64,000 nucleotides of DNA from Acidimicrobiales bacterium (GCA_020630195.1 JAHDBV010000004.1:6990-70989); one strand, 5' to 3'. Shown: positions 28,615 through 38,491, numbered from the stretch's first letter. The notes: a model not told the origin generated them from the sequence alone. Program-made: numbers and translations.

Positions 28615-29049
28615 TCACCGGGGTCGGACGAGCACCACACATGCATCGACGGTCGACGGCAGGAACCGGGCCAGACGGGGACGAGCCGTGGCCAGATCGC
28701 CGAGGAGACGTTCCGTCGTCGTCGGGTCCATGTCCCCGCGGTGAGCCGTTGCCCGGCCCCGCACGGTCGATCCCCGCAGGATCAGCCGGAGCTCGTGCCC
28801 ATCGCCCGTGAAGTTCCGCCACCACGTCTTGTGCTCGTGGCCTCCGGCGAGGATCAGGACCGCACCGTCGGGTCGCTCGCCGTACTGGGTTGGCGTGCGG
28901 TACCGCCGGCCGCTCCGTCGCCCCCGGTAGTCGATGACGCAGAACCACCGGGACCACGGGCGATGCCATCTGGATGTGAGCAGCCGGATCATCATCCGGT
29001 TGGCCAGCCCGGTGCTGGCCGGGCCCACCGGTCGGCCGGGCCCGGTCAC
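28615..29049 (-). CDS. Deazaflavin-dependent nitroreductase-like (DUF385 / split beta-barrel flavin fold) protein
   Basis: The DUF385-like core is YRGRRSGRRYRTPTQY...VLILAGGHEHKTWWRNF. 144 aa. It overlaps the upstream gene's stop by 4 nt. Confidence 0.6.
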   Translation of the reverse strand: MTGPGRPVGPASTGLANRMMIRLLTSRWHRPWSRWFCVIDYRGRRSGRRYRTPTQYGERPDGAVLILAGGHEHKTWWRNFTGDGHELRLILRGSTVRGRATAHRGDMDPTTTERLLGDLATARPRLARFLPSTVDACVVLVRPR

Positions 29050-30155
29050 CGGGCGTCCCCCGGGTTCGTGGCTCGGCCGCGTTCGGCCGGGGCGAGTTCG
29101 GCGACCTTCGCGGAGCGTCCGAGTCCGAGGGACCGACTTGCGAGAGCGCCGGGGATGATCCGGTCCTCGATGAGGTGGACCCGTTCGTCGAAGTGGAGGA
29201 ACGCGCTCTTCGCGGCGTTGAGTTGGAGCTGCTCGACGTCGCGCAGATCGAGGTCGCCCTCCTCGCAGACCCGGGCGAGCACCTCCGAGAGCGGTCCGCT
29301 GCGATGCCGTTCGCCGGTGTTGACCGTCACCCGGAACCGCAGATCGTGGAGCTGCCGCAGATCATCGACGGTGCTCGTACCCGGGTGGGTGCCGCCGGCA
29401 CACCATTCGATGGCGAGTCGCCGATCCCGGACCTCGCTCGCGAGCGGTCCGAGCGTGGGTTCGGAGTCATCCGAGCGGTCGATGTCGGAGATGACCGGGA
29501 CGGATGGCCCCAGCCGTCGTGCGCCGTGCTCAGTGACGGTCATGCCGGCCGTCTCCTTGTCGCCGGCATCGATCGTGATCGGCAGATGGGCCGCCCGCAC
29601 CAGGGCGAGAGCCGCCTGTGCACGGGCCGGCGGGTGGCCGTGGGGGTAGGCGGTTTCGAGCGCGAAACCGACCACGCCACCGTCGCGCCAGCGGATCGCG
29701 AGATGGGCGAGATCCTCGATGTGTTCGGAGGTCTCGTGGGCGGCGCACACGATGCGCAGGTCGATCGGGGCCGCCGCCATGGCCAGATGGAACCCCTCGA
29801 AGGCGGCGCCGAGCACGGTGTCGAGCGTCAGACCCGCCCCGAGATGATGCTCCGGATGCACCTGGACCTCGGCATGCACGACGCCGTCCGCGGCGAGGTC
29901 GAGCCCGCACTCGCGAGCCACCCGCACGATCGAGTCGCGGGTGCGGAGCAGCTCGCCCGTGGCGGCGTGCAGCTCCTCGATCGGGCCGGTCGCCAGTTGC
30001 CGGTGGAGCGCTCGGGGGTCGGCCGTGCCGAGATCGACGCCGGCCTCGGCGGCCAGGTCGAGAAGCGTGGACGGGCGGACACCGGCGTCGAGGCGATCCC
30101 GGAGAAGGACCTTCGGCAGGGTCCGGAGTTCGGTGAGGCTCGGTGGGGAGGACAT
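29046..30155 (-). CDS. Adenosine/AMP deaminase-family protein with degenerate metal/catalytic motifs
   Basis: It is collinear with the adenosine deaminase family (LPKVLLRDRLDAGVRPSTLLDLA...). However, HxH becomes RDR, HAGE becomes DAGDKE, and TDDP becomes TGER. Confidence 0.7.
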   Translation of the reverse strand: MSSPPSLTELRTLPKVLLRDRLDAGVRPSTLLDLAAEAGVDLGTADPRALHRQLATGPIEELHAATGELLRTRDSIVRVARECGLDLAADGVVHAEVQVHPEHHLGAGLTLDTVLGAAFEGFHLAMAAAPIDLRIVCAAHETSEHIEDLAHLAIRWRDGGVVGFALETAYPHGHPPARAQAALALVRAAHLPITIDAGDKETAGMTVTEHGARRLGPSVPVISDIDRSDDSEPTLGPLASEVRDRRLAIEWCAGGTHPGTSTVDDLRQLHDLRFRVTVNTGERHRSGPLSEVLARVCEEGDLDLRDVEQLQLNAAKSAFLHFDERVHLIEDRIIPGALASRSLGLGRSAKVAELAPAERGRATNPGDAR

Positions 30156-30203
30156 GTCCCGAGCCTCACCCGGGCGATCGGCCGCTCCCAGGGCCGAAAG
30201 GCC

Positions 30204-31103
30204 TCACCGGGTGGCCGCGGCGCGGTGAGCAAGCCGTTCGTCGATCGAGGTGAGGATCTCCGCTGTCGACCGTCGGATCGTCCGCTCGCCGTCGCCGAAC
30301 CACACTTCGATGGGCGGGAGCCTCGGGTCGTCGGTTCGGCCAGCCGGCTCCGGCGGCCGATCGGGACGTAGGTCGGACACCACGACGTCGGCGTCGTCGC
30401 GCAGCGCGCAGCTCTCGCCACGGCGAATCGGACAGTGCTCCCCTGATCCGGCCATGGCGGTGCAGATGGCCCACTCCACCTCCCGTTCCTCGAGTTGGGC
30501 TTCGGCGAACCAGCGGGTCCGTTCCGACTCGATCAGCACCCGCGGCCGGCCGCTCGTCGACCAGACGGGAACGTCACCCGTCGTCGGCATCGTGAGCTGC
30601 ACACATCCCCACTCGGGATGCCCGGTCACGGCGAAGCCTCGTCGCCGCGCGAGGCCGAGCATGGCTGCGTTGTTCGCCCGGACAACCGCGTCGACCCGGT
30701 CGACGCCCCGCGCCCGAGCGTGCGCGAACAGCCGGTCGAGCAGTTCGTGGCCGAGCCCACCCCGGACCCGTGATGAGAGTGCGATGCCGAGCTCGAGCCC
30801 GCCGGAACTCGTGGGCGCGAGTCCGGCATCGCCCACGATCTCCGCACCGTTGCCGGTCAGTCGCTCGACGACGAGGAGGACACCTCCGTCGTCCTCGATC
30901 GTGAGCCAGCGGTCGTAGAACCCCGATCCGGGTGTCATCGGGCGGAAGAAGCGGAACTGGCGATCCCGGTCGGAGAGCTCCTCGTAGAGGCGCTCGAGTC
31001 CGGATCGGTCGTCTTGGACGGCGTGGCGGACCCGCAGCATCGAGCCGTCGGCGCGCGCGAGCTCGGGGCCGCACTGCTCACACCGGGTGTCGTCAGTCTC
31101 CAT
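30204..31103 (-). CDS. GNAT-family N-acetyltransferase with C-terminal extension
   Basis: The acetyl-CoA binding region is LSSRVRGGLGHELLDRLFAHARARG...ANNAAMLGLARRRGF. The start overlaps the upstream USP stop by 11 nt. Confidence 0.7.
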   Translation of the reverse strand: METDDTRCEQCGPELARADGSMLRVRHAVQDDRSGLERLYEELSDRDRQFRFFRPMTPGSGFYDRWLTIEDDGGVLLVVERLTGNGAEIVGDAGLAPTSSGGLELGIALSSRVRGGLGHELLDRLFAHARARGVDRVDAVVRANNAAMLGLARRRGFAVTGHPEWGCVQLTMPTTGDVPVWSTSGRPRVLIESERTRWFAEAQLEEREVEWAICTAMAGSGEHCPIRRGESCALRDDADVVVSDLRPDRPPEPAGRTDDPRLPPIEVWFGDGERTIRRSTAEILTSIDERLAHRAAATR

Positions 31104-31536
31104 GGATGATCAGCACGTTCGTCCGCGCGTGGTTGCTGACCTTCGACGAGACGCTGCCCCGGAGAAATCGGGTCGTCGCCCCGACACCCCGGCTCCCCAC
31201 ACAGATGAGATCGGCGTGCGTCGTCTCCGCCACGTCGAGAATCGCCGACGCGGGGTCGTCGGAGACCAGGTGGGTTTCACAGCGCAGGCCGAGCCGCTCG
31301 CATGCCCGGGCCGCGTCCCGGAGGGCCGTCTGGGGAGCGGCCACCGGATCGATGGTCGACTTGAACTCGTCGGGGACCGACGCCAGCAACGTGGCGACCT
31401 CGCGGGCGGACGGTGGGTCGAACGCGGTCACGACGTGCACCGTGGCCGCGGCTGGAACGATCCGGGCCACGGCGTCGATCGCTGCCTCGGCATGGGGGGA
31501 GCCGTCGAACCCGACGACGATGTTGTTGAGTTCCAT
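31093..31536 (-). CDS. Universal stress protein (single USP domain)
   Basis: IVVGFDGSPHAEAA...ICVGSRGVGATTRFLRGSVSSKVSNHARTNVLIIH. The G-2x-G-9x-G(S/T) ATP motif is present. Confidence 0.9.
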   Translation of the reverse strand: MELNNIVVGFDGSPHAEAAIDAVARIVPAAATVHVVTAFDPPSAREVATLLASVPDEFKSTIDPVAAPQTALRDAARACERLGLRCETHLVSDDPASAILDVAETTHADLICVGSRGVGATTRFLRGSVSSKVSNHARTNVLIIHGD

Positions 31537-31598
31537 TGGATGTTCCTCTCGCAGTGCTGGTCGTTCTCGACGATGTGGCGGAGGTCCGTTCCCCGCCA

Positions 31599-31612
31599 GG
31601 GCCCTAGGGCCC
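31599..31612. promoter_or_regulatory. Perfect 14-bp palindrome GGGCCCTAGGGCCC (DosR-box-like) in the divergent USP/pckG promoter region
   Basis: Exact palindrome, flanked by the inverted repeat GGAGGTCC (31580-87) / GGACCTCC (31632-39). It lies 63-76 nt from the USP ATG and 68-81 nt from the pckG ATG. Confidence 0.45.
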
Positions 31613-31679
31613 GATCGCGAGAGGACGGTCGGGACCTCCGCCTCTGCCCGGGTGTCGGAGGGTTCGTGATCGTTCGGAC

Positions 31680-33554
31680 ATGGCTTCGATCACCGACCGC
31701 ACTGTCACGAACCACCCCCCGACGGCCTTGCGTCACGCCGGCGTCCGCTCGTGGGTCGACGAGATCGCGTCGCTGACCTCGCCGGAGGAGGTGCGATGGT
31801 GTGATGGCAGTGCCGGGGAGTACGCAGAGCTCTGTGACGCCCTCGTGGACGCCGGCACGTTCGTCCGCCTGGATCCGGTCTTGAGGCCCAACAGCTTCCT
31901 CGCACGGACCGACCCGAGCGATGTCGCCAGGGTCGAGGATCGCACCTTCATCTGCTCACAGACCGCTGAGGACGCGGGACCCACGAACAACTGGGTGGAA
32001 CCGGCGGAGATGCGTCGGGAGCTCCGGGCCTGGTTCTCCGGCTCGATGCGGGGCCGGACCCTCTACGTCATTCCGTTCTCGATGGGCCCCGTGGGTTCGC
32101 CGATCTCTCAGATCGGGATCGAGATCACCGACTCGCCGTATGTCGTGGTGAACATGGCGATCATGGCCCGGGTCGGTGACGAGGTGCTCGAGGCCCTGGG
32201 TGCCGACGGCGAGTTCGTGCGATGCCTCCACTCCGTGGGTGCCCCGCTCGAGTCCGGCGCGCAGGACGTGGCCTGGCCGTGCAACCCGGACGTGAAGTAC
32301 ATCTCCCACTTCCCGGAGGATCGGGAGATCTGGAGCTATGGCTCCGGGTACGGCGGCAACGCGTTGCTCGGCAAGAAGTGTCTCGCATTGCGGATCGCCT
32401 CGACGATGGGTCGTGACGACGGCTGGATGGCCGAACACATGGCGTTGATCGGTGTCCGCTCGCCCGATGGGGCGACGAGCTACGTCGCGGCGGCGTTCCC
32501 GTCGGCCTGTGGCAAGACCAACTTCGCGATGCTCATCCCACCAGCGGAGATGGCGTCCAAGGGCTGGGCGGTCACGACCGTCGGCGACGACATCGCCTGG
32601 ATCAAGCCCGACGAGCAGGGCAGGCTGCGGGCGATCAACCCCGAGGCCGGCTACTTCGGGGTCGCCCCCGGCACCTCGGAAGCGACCAACCCCAGTGCGA
32701 TGGCGACGATCCGGGAGAACACGATCTTCACCAACGTGGCCCTCACCGACGCTGGTGACGTCTGGTGGGAGGGGATGGGCGTCGACGCCCCCGAGCATCT
32801 GATCGACTGGCGGGGGCAGGACTGGTCACCCGGTTCGGACACCCCCGCCGCCCACCCGAACGCCCGCTTCACCGCGCCGGCCGACCAGAACCCGGTGATC
32901 GACGACCGCTGGGACGACCCGGACGGTGTGCCGATCTCGGCGTTCGTCTTCGGCGGTCGGCGCTCGGGCACGATGCCCCTCGTGGTCCAGGCTCCGAACT
33001 GGGCCTACGGCGTGTACCTGGCCGCCACGATGGGTTCGGAGACCACCGCCGCCGCCTTCGCGCAGCAGGGGGTGGTGCGGCGTGACCCCTTCGCCATGCG
33101 CCCGTTCGCCGGCTACCACATGGGGAGCTACATCTCGCACTGGCTCAACGTCGGTCGGCGACTGTCGGCCCCACCGCGGATCTTCGCGGTGAACTGGTTC
33201 CGACGTGACGAGAACGGCGACTTCACGTGGCCGGGCTTCGGAGAGAACATGCGGGTGCTGGCGTGGATCGTCGAGCGTGCCGAAGGCGGCGCGGGAGCCA
33301 TCGAGAGTCCGCTGGGTTGGATGCCGACGCATCGCGATCTCGACTGGGACGGGCTCGACCATCCCGAGGAGGCGTTCCTCGAGGCCATGTCGGTCCACCG
33401 GGACGAATGGGCCGCCGAGCTCACCGCCCACGACGAGCTCTTCGTGAACCTGTGGGATCGCATCCCGAAGGAGATGCTGGCGGTCAAGGAGCTGCTCACG
33501 AGCGGCCTGTGGCGGTCGCCCGAGGACTGGGCGATGCTCCCCGACCCGACCTGA
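31680..33554 (+). CDS. pckG: Phosphoenolpyruvate carboxykinase (GTP)
   Basis: 624 aa with the kinase-1a loop FPSACGKTN and GTP-PEPCK-specific blocks (WMAEHM, GDDIAW, NPNARFT, FGGRR). Confidence 0.95.
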   Translation: MASITDRTVTNHPPTALRHAGVRSWVDEIASLTSPEEVRWCDGSAGEYAELCDALVDAGTFVRLDPVLRPNSFLARTDPSDVARVEDRTFICSQTAEDAGPTNNWVEPAEMRRELRAWFSGSMRGRTLYVIPFSMGPVGSPISQIGIEITDSPYVVVNMAIMARVGDEVLEALGADGEFVRCLHSVGAPLESGAQDVAWPCNPDVKYISHFPEDREIWSYGSGYGGNALLGKKCLALRIASTMGRDDGWMAEHMALIGVRSPDGATSYVAAAFPSACGKTNFAMLIPPAEMASKGWAVTTVGDDIAWIKPDEQGRLRAINPEAGYFGVAPGTSEATNPSAMATIRENTIFTNVALTDAGDVWWEGMGVDAPEHLIDWRGQDWSPGSDTPAAHPNARFTAPADQNPVIDDRWDDPDGVPISAFVFGGRRSGTMPLVVQAPNWAYGVYLAATMGSETTAAAFAQQGVVRRDPFAMRPFAGYHMGSYISHWLNVGRRLSAPPRIFAVNWFRRDENGDFTWPGFGENMRVLAWIVERAEGGAGAIESPLGWMPTHRDLDWDGLDHPEEAFLEAMSVHRDEWAAELTAHDELFVNLWDRIPKEMLAVKELLTSGLWRSPEDWAMLPDPT

Positions 33555-33569
33555 ACGGCAGACCTCGAC

Positions 33570-33601
33570 GGGCCCGGACCTCCGCGGGAGGATTCGGGCC
33601 C
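33570..33601 (+). terminator. Hairpin after pckG (GGGCCCGGACCTCC-GCG-GGAGGATTCGGGCCC)
   Basis: A ~14-bp stem with one mismatch begins 16 nt after the stop, in a convergent intergenic region. Confidence 0.55.
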
Positions 33602-33682
33602 GCTCCGCGCTGCCGGCCCGCGCCGCGCGGCGGGCACACACCTGGGGGCGGCATCCGCGGCGACCAGTCGGGCCGGCGTCGT

Positions 33683-33991
33683 TCAGATGCGTCGTTCCAG
33701 GCGCCCGACGAGGTCGGCCACCGCAGCCCTGGCGGTCGTGGCGGTCGCCCGGAAACACACGGCGGCACCGTCGCGGTCGACGGTCGTCTCGGCGACGATC
33801 AGGTCGCCCTGTCGATCCGGCAACGTCCGGAGCCGAACGGCGAGGAGCGATCGAGCGGGTGTCCCGGCGCGCAGCACCATCGTGACCCGACTCGAGAGCT
33901 CGTCCACGAGCGCCGGGTCGAGGTGTGGGTCCGACACGACCTCGACGAGCGAGGTGGCGTCGTCGCTCCGGGGAGGCCGTCGATCGGTCAT
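33683..33991 (-). CDS. Small HPF/RaiA N-domain-like protein
   Basis: ATG at 33991. 102 aa with a beta-alpha-beta-beta-beta-alpha-like pattern ending ...TTARAAVADLVGRLERRI, as in the HPF core. Low sequence certainty. Confidence 0.45.
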   Translation of the reverse strand: MTDRRPPRSDDATSLVEVVSDPHLDPALVDELSSRVTMVLRAGTPARSLLAVRLRTLPDRQGDLIVAETTVDRDGAAVCFRATATTARAAVADLVGRLERRI

Positions 33992-34013
33992 CTCGCCACC
34001 ACACGCATCGGCG

Positions 34014-34874
34014 CTACGGCACGACGACCGTGACGGTCGGCGGGTGACTGATGAGGCTCGTGGCAACCGATCCGAGCAGCAGGTGGGCGATGCCCCGGAA
34101 CCCCCGGGAGCCCACCACGAGGAGGTCGCACTCGGTTTCGGTCAGGACGGCTCGTGCGTCGCCCTCGAGCACCACGGGTCGGACCCGATCGGCACCCTCG
34201 AGATCGGCCACGGCGGCGAGCGTGCGGTCGAGCGCCTGGACGGCGGCCTGGCGCAGCACGACCTCGACCGACGGTGCGAGGTCGGCGGGTGCGTTGGGGA
34301 TGCGGAACGTCGTGATCGCGGTGATCCTCGTGGCCGGGTCTGCCCGCTCGAGCAGCCAGCGCAGCGCCCGCTCGGCATGCTCGGACCCGTCGATGCCGAC
34401 GACGGCGTGGTCGATCCGTGCGTCGGGGTCGGTGTCGTCGGGGACGACGACGACCGGAACGGTCGCCGCCTTCGAAAGGCGGGTACCGGTCGTGCCGAGC
34501 AGGGCCCGTCCTCGATGGGTTCGTGCCCCCACGACCACGGCGTCCGCGTCCACCGCGATGTCGGCGAGGGCGGTTCCCCGACGCCCCAACACCGTACGCA
34601 GGTCGTCCAGGCGAGCGTCGTTGATACCGGCGAGCCCACGGTGGCCGCGCTCGTGTGCCGCCCGTTCGAAGATCTCGGGCGCGGGGGGTGCGGGCATGCC
34701 CGGTGCCGGCATCGGATAGGCCCCGATGGGGGCGGACCATGTGATCACCGGGCTCACGCGTGTGTCGGCCGGTGCGTGTTCGAGTGCCCAACGAAGCGCC
34801 ACGCGAGCCGCCTCACTGTCGTCGACCCCGACCACCACGGTCCGGGTCAAGATGTCGTCGTCGTCGTGGTGCAT
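34014..34874 (-). CDS. Tandem universal stress protein (two USP domains)
   Basis: ATG at 34874 (MHHDDDD). It has two repeats: VVVGVDDSEAARVALRWA...VVVGARTH...VPVVVV and VVGIDGSEHAERALRWL...LLVVGSRGFRGIAHLLLGSVATSLISH..TVTVVV. Confidence 0.9.
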   Translation of the reverse strand: MHHDDDDILTRTVVVGVDDSEAARVALRWALEHAPADTRVSPVITWSAPIGAYPMPAPGMPAPPAPEIFERAAHERGHRGLAGINDARLDDLRTVLGRRGTALADIAVDADAVVVGARTHRGRALLGTTGTRLSKAATVPVVVVPDDTDPDARIDHAVVGIDGSEHAERALRWLLERADPATRITAITTFRIPNAPADLAPSVEVVLRQAAVQALDRTLAAVADLEGADRVRPVVLEGDARAVLTETECDLLVVGSRGFRGIAHLLLGSVATSLISHPPTVTVVVP

Positions 34875-34978
34875 GGTCGGTCCTTCCGGTGGTCGTCTCC
34901 ATCGTCGGGTCGACCGCCGGCGTCGATCAGAGGCGAACGTCCCGAGTGGGTGATGCCGATCGGTGTCAGGATCGGCGC

Positions 34979-36298
34979 ATGCCCCCGATCGCCGACGAAC
35001 TCCGACGCACCCTCGCTCCGGGGGAGGGCGACTCCGCCGAGCGTCTGGCCGATGTCCTGGTGGACCAGATTCCTGCCGGTGCCGAGCTCGTCGTGCCGAT
35101 CGCGAACGGTGAGCCGGTGGCGATGCTCGATGCACTCGAGGCCCGAGCCGATCGACTCCGCTCGGTCCGCGTCCACCAGATGCACGCCATCCGTGATCGG
35201 CCGATGCTGCACGGGGCCTCGGCGGGCCGGTTGGACCACGTGTCGTGGTTCCTGTCGCACGTGACCCGCCCGGCCTTCCACGAGGGAGGTTGCCAGTTCG
35301 CACCCGCCAACTTCTCCGAGGTGCCCCAGTTGTTGCGGGAGCTCCGCCCGTTCGCGGTGCTCGCCGCGGCGAGCCCACCGGATGTGCACGGGTACTACTC
35401 GCTCGGGACCTGCGCCGACTACGTCGTGCCCCTGATCGGATTGGTCCCGTTCATCCTCGAGATCAATCCCAACGTCCCACGGACGCATGGGACGAACCGA
35501 CTGCACCACACCGATGTGGTCGCGACCTGTCGCGGGTCTGCTCCTCTCGTGACCTTCGAGCCAGCGCCGGTCGGCGACGAGGACCGGCGAATCGGCGCCG
35601 CGGTCGCCGAGCGTGTCCCGGACGGTGCATGTGTGCAGCTCGGTATCGGCTCGATCCCGTCGGCGGTCGCCCAGCAGCTCGACGGCCATCGCGATCTCGG
35701 TGTGCACACCGAACTCATGTCCGATCCGATCGTCGACCTCGTCGAGCAGGGCGTCGTGAACGGTGTGCGGAAGGCGACCAATCGGGGCCGAATCGTCACG
35801 ACCTTCGCGCTGGGCTCGAGCAGGCTCCACGAGTTCTGCCGGGACAATGACGTCGTCCGCTTCCTCGGTGTCGATGAGGTGAACGATCCGAGGAAGATCG
35901 GGCTCGAGCCGAACTTCGTGTCGATCAACGCGACACTCGAAGTCGACCTCTTCGGCCAGTGTGCGTCGGAGACCCTCGGCGATCGCTACTACTCCGGCAG
36001 CGGCGGCCAGGCCGACTTCGCCCGTGGGGCCCAGTACTCGCCCGGTGGTGCGGGGTATGTGGTCCTGCGGGCCACCGCCAAGGGCGGCACGATCTCGACG
36101 ATCGTGCCTCGTCTCACTCCCGGCGCGGTCGTGACCACCATGAAGAACACGATCGACAACGTCGTCACCGAGCACGGTGTGGCCGAGCTGCGGGGACGCA
36201 CGATGTCCGAGCGGGCCGAGGCCCTCATCCGGGTCGCGGCGCCGGAGTTCCGGGAGGAGCTCCGACGCGAGGCGGCCGCGATGCATCTGCTGCGGTGA
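34979..36298 (+). CDS. Acetyl-CoA hydrolase/transferase family protein (CoA-transferase)
   Basis: The C-terminal family block is SGSGGQADFARGA...VVTEHGVAELRGRTMSERAEALIRVAAPEFREEL. ATG at 34979. Confidence 0.85.
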   Translation: MPPIADELRRTLAPGEGDSAERLADVLVDQIPAGAELVVPIANGEPVAMLDALEARADRLRSVRVHQMHAIRDRPMLHGASAGRLDHVSWFLSHVTRPAFHEGGCQFAPANFSEVPQLLRELRPFAVLAAASPPDVHGYYSLGTCADYVVPLIGLVPFILEINPNVPRTHGTNRLHHTDVVATCRGSAPLVTFEPAPVGDEDRRIGAAVAERVPDGACVQLGIGSIPSAVAQQLDGHRDLGVHTELMSDPIVDLVEQGVVNGVRKATNRGRIVTTFALGSSRLHEFCRDNDVVRFLGVDEVNDPRKIGLEPNFVSINATLEVDLFGQCASETLGDRYYSGSGGQADFARGAQYSPGGAGYVVLRATAKGGTISTIVPRLTPGAVVTTMKNTIDNVVTEHGVAELRGRTMSERAEALIRVAAPEFREELRREAAAMHLLR

Positions 36299-36388
36299 CG
36301 GTGCCATCCGGGCTCGGGCCGAAGGACCCTACGTCCCTGTTGCTCCCTCGTTCATGCTGACGGGGGACGAACAGAGACGAGGACATCC

Positions 36389-37381
36389 ATGGCCACGATC
36401 GCCGTGTTCAGCACGCGCCCCCACGACGAGCTGTTCCTCCGGGGTGCCGATCCCGACGAACGCCACGAGCTGCGCTTCTTCGAGACGGCCCTGCAACCCG
36501 ACACCGCGGTGCTGGCCGTCGGGGCCGACGTCGTGGTCCCCTTCGTCAACGACGACCTGTCGAGCGAGACCATCGACCGTCTGGCGGACGCCGGGGTGCG
36601 GGGTGTGGCCCTGCGCTGTGCCGGGTTCAACCACGTCGATCTCGAGCGGGCCCGCGAGCGTGGGCTCGTCGTGGCCCGGGTTCCCGAGTACTCCCCGTAC
36701 GCCGTGGCGGAGCACTGTGTCGGACTGATCCTGTCGCTGAACCGTCGGATCCACCGGGCCCACGCCCGTGTCCGTGATGCGAACTTCACGCTCGGTGGCT
36801 TGCTCGGCTTCGACCTGCACGGCACCACCGTGGGCGTGGTCGGCACGGGGCGGATCGGGACCTGCTTCGCTCGGATCATGCGGGGTTTCGGATGCTCGGT
36901 GCTGGCCCACGACCCGGTGGAGTCCGATGAGTGCCGCTCGCTCGGCGTCGACTACGTCGCGCTCGACGAGTTGTTCCGCCGCGCCGACATCGTGGCGTTG
37001 CACTGTCCCCTGACCCCGGCGACCCACCATCTCGTCGACGCCGCGGCCATCGCGACGATGAAGCCCGGCGTGATGCTGATCAACACGAGCCGTGGGGGGC
37101 TCGTCGACACCGCGGCCGTCATCGACGGACTGAAGAGTGGTCGGCTCGGCCACGTTGGTCTCGACGTCTACGAGGAAGAGGCGGGCGTCTTCTTCGAGGA
37201 TCTCTCCGACCGGGTCGTCGCCGACGACGACCTCATGCGACTGCTCACCTTTCCCAACGTGCTCATCACGAGCCATCAGGCCTTCTTCACCCGGGAGGCG
37301 CTGACCGCCATCGCCCAGACCACCATGGAGAATGCCGATGCGATCGCCGAGGGTCGGCCCCCCGTCGCCCCGGTGGAGTGA
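36389..37381 (+). CDS. ldhA: D-lactate dehydrogenase (fermentative 2-hydroxyacid dehydrogenase)
   Basis: [10 protein letters not shown]...FNHVDL...[12 protein letters not shown]...[10 protein letters not shown]...INTSRG..VD...DVYE.E...TSHQAFFT matches LdhA-type D-LDH over the full length. Confidence 0.85.
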   Translation: MATIAVFSTRPHDELFLRGADPDERHELRFFETALQPDTAVLAVGADVVVPFVNDDLSSETIDRLADAGVRGVALRCAGFNHVDLERARERGLVVARVPEYSPYAVAEHCVGLILSLNRRIHRAHARVRDANFTLGGLLGFDLHGTTVGVVGTGRIGTCFARIMRGFGCSVLAHDPVESDECRSLGVDYVALDELFRRADIVALHCPLTPATHHLVDAAAIATMKPGVMLINTSRGGLVDTAAVIDGLKSGRLGHVGLDVYEEEAGVFFEDLSDRVVADDDLMRLLTFPNVLITSHQAFFTREALTAIAQTTMENADAIAEGRPPVAPVE

Positions 37382-37405
37382 TCGGCCGGAACGAACCCCG
37401 ACGCC

Positions 37406-38491
37406 ATGACCCGACGCTCGCCCATCACGACCCGAACGGCGCACCGGACGCTCCGCATGGTGTCCGAGGCCGCCGCGCTCGAGGCGTTGGCCCGAGCCGG
37501 CGCCTCACGGACGGACGGTTCGGTCGACCGGGAGATCGTCCGGTTCGGGCCGGTCGAAGCCCGTCGTGACGGCGCGCAGGTGCATCTCACGGTCACGGCC
37601 TCCGATCGCGGTACGGCCGAGGTGCGGCTCGAGGAGGTCGCGGAGCGGTTGCTGCCCGACGTGATCCGGACGGATCCCGAACGTCCGGTCGCCCCGGGGG
37701 CCGAGTTGCTCCCCGACCTGCGATCGGCATCGGTCGCCGAGGATCTGCGGCGCATCGTCCGATGCCTCGACCTGACGACGCTGCGCGGCGACGACACCCG
37801 GGGTCGCGTGCGCCGCCTCTGCGCGCGGGCCGTCCGTCCGGACGGCACCGACGCCTCGGTCGGGCCCGTGGCGGCGGTCTGTGTCTACCCGAGGCTCGTG
37901 CCGGTGGCGGTCCACGCCACGGCCGGCACGCCGGTTGCCGTCGCGAGCGTCGCCGGATCGTTCCCGACCGGATTGTCGGACCTCGACACCCGTCTGAGGG
38001 ACATCAGCGCCGCGGTCGGCGCCGGTGCGAGCGAGATCGACGTCGTCCTCGATCGGTCGGCGTTCCTCGATGGCCGGGACGACGAGGTGTCGGCCGGTCT
38101 CCTCGCGGCGAGGGAGGTCTCGGCGGGCACGACCCTCAAGGTGATTCTGGAGACGGCCGAGCTCGGCTCGCCGGCGGCGATCGCGGCGGCGGCGGAGCTG
38201 GCCATCGGTTCTGGCGCCGACTTCATCAAGACGTCCACCGGGGCCGTTGGCGGCGCGACGCCGCTGGCCGTGCGGACCATGGCGGAGGTGATCCGGGCGG
38301 AGTCGGAGCGGTCGGGTCGGGTGATCGGCCTGAAGGTGTCCGGTGGTGTGCGAACGGCCGACGAGGCCCTCGGCCACCTCGAGATCATCCGATCGGTGCT
38401 CGGACCTGCGTGGCTCCGTGCCGATCGGCTCCGGTTCGGAGCGTCGTCGTTGCTCGACGATCTACTCGTGGCACTCGACTCGACCGAGTGA
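37406..38491 (+). CDS. deoC: Deoxyribose-phosphate aldolase with ~100-aa N-terminal extension
   Basis: DeoC blocks are CLDLTTL, AAVCVYP, FPTG, EIDVV, LKVILET, FIKTSTG (Schiff-base Lys) and GLKVSGGVRT. Confidence 0.8.
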   Translation: MTRRSPITTRTAHRTLRMVSEAAALEALARAGASRTDGSVDREIVRFGPVEARRDGAQVHLTVTASDRGTAEVRLEEVAERLLPDVIRTDPERPVAPGAELLPDLRSASVAEDLRRIVRCLDLTTLRGDDTRGRVRRLCARAVRPDGTDASVGPVAAVCVYPRLVPVAVHATAGTPVAVASVAGSFPTGLSDLDTRLRDISAAVGAGASEIDVVLDRSAFLDGRDDEVSAGLLAAREVSAGTTLKVILETAELGSPAAIAAAAELAIGSGADFIKTSTGAVGGATPLAVRTMAEVIRAESERSGRVIGLKVSGGVRTADEALGHLEIIRSVLGPAWLRADRLRFGASSLLDDLLVALDSTE

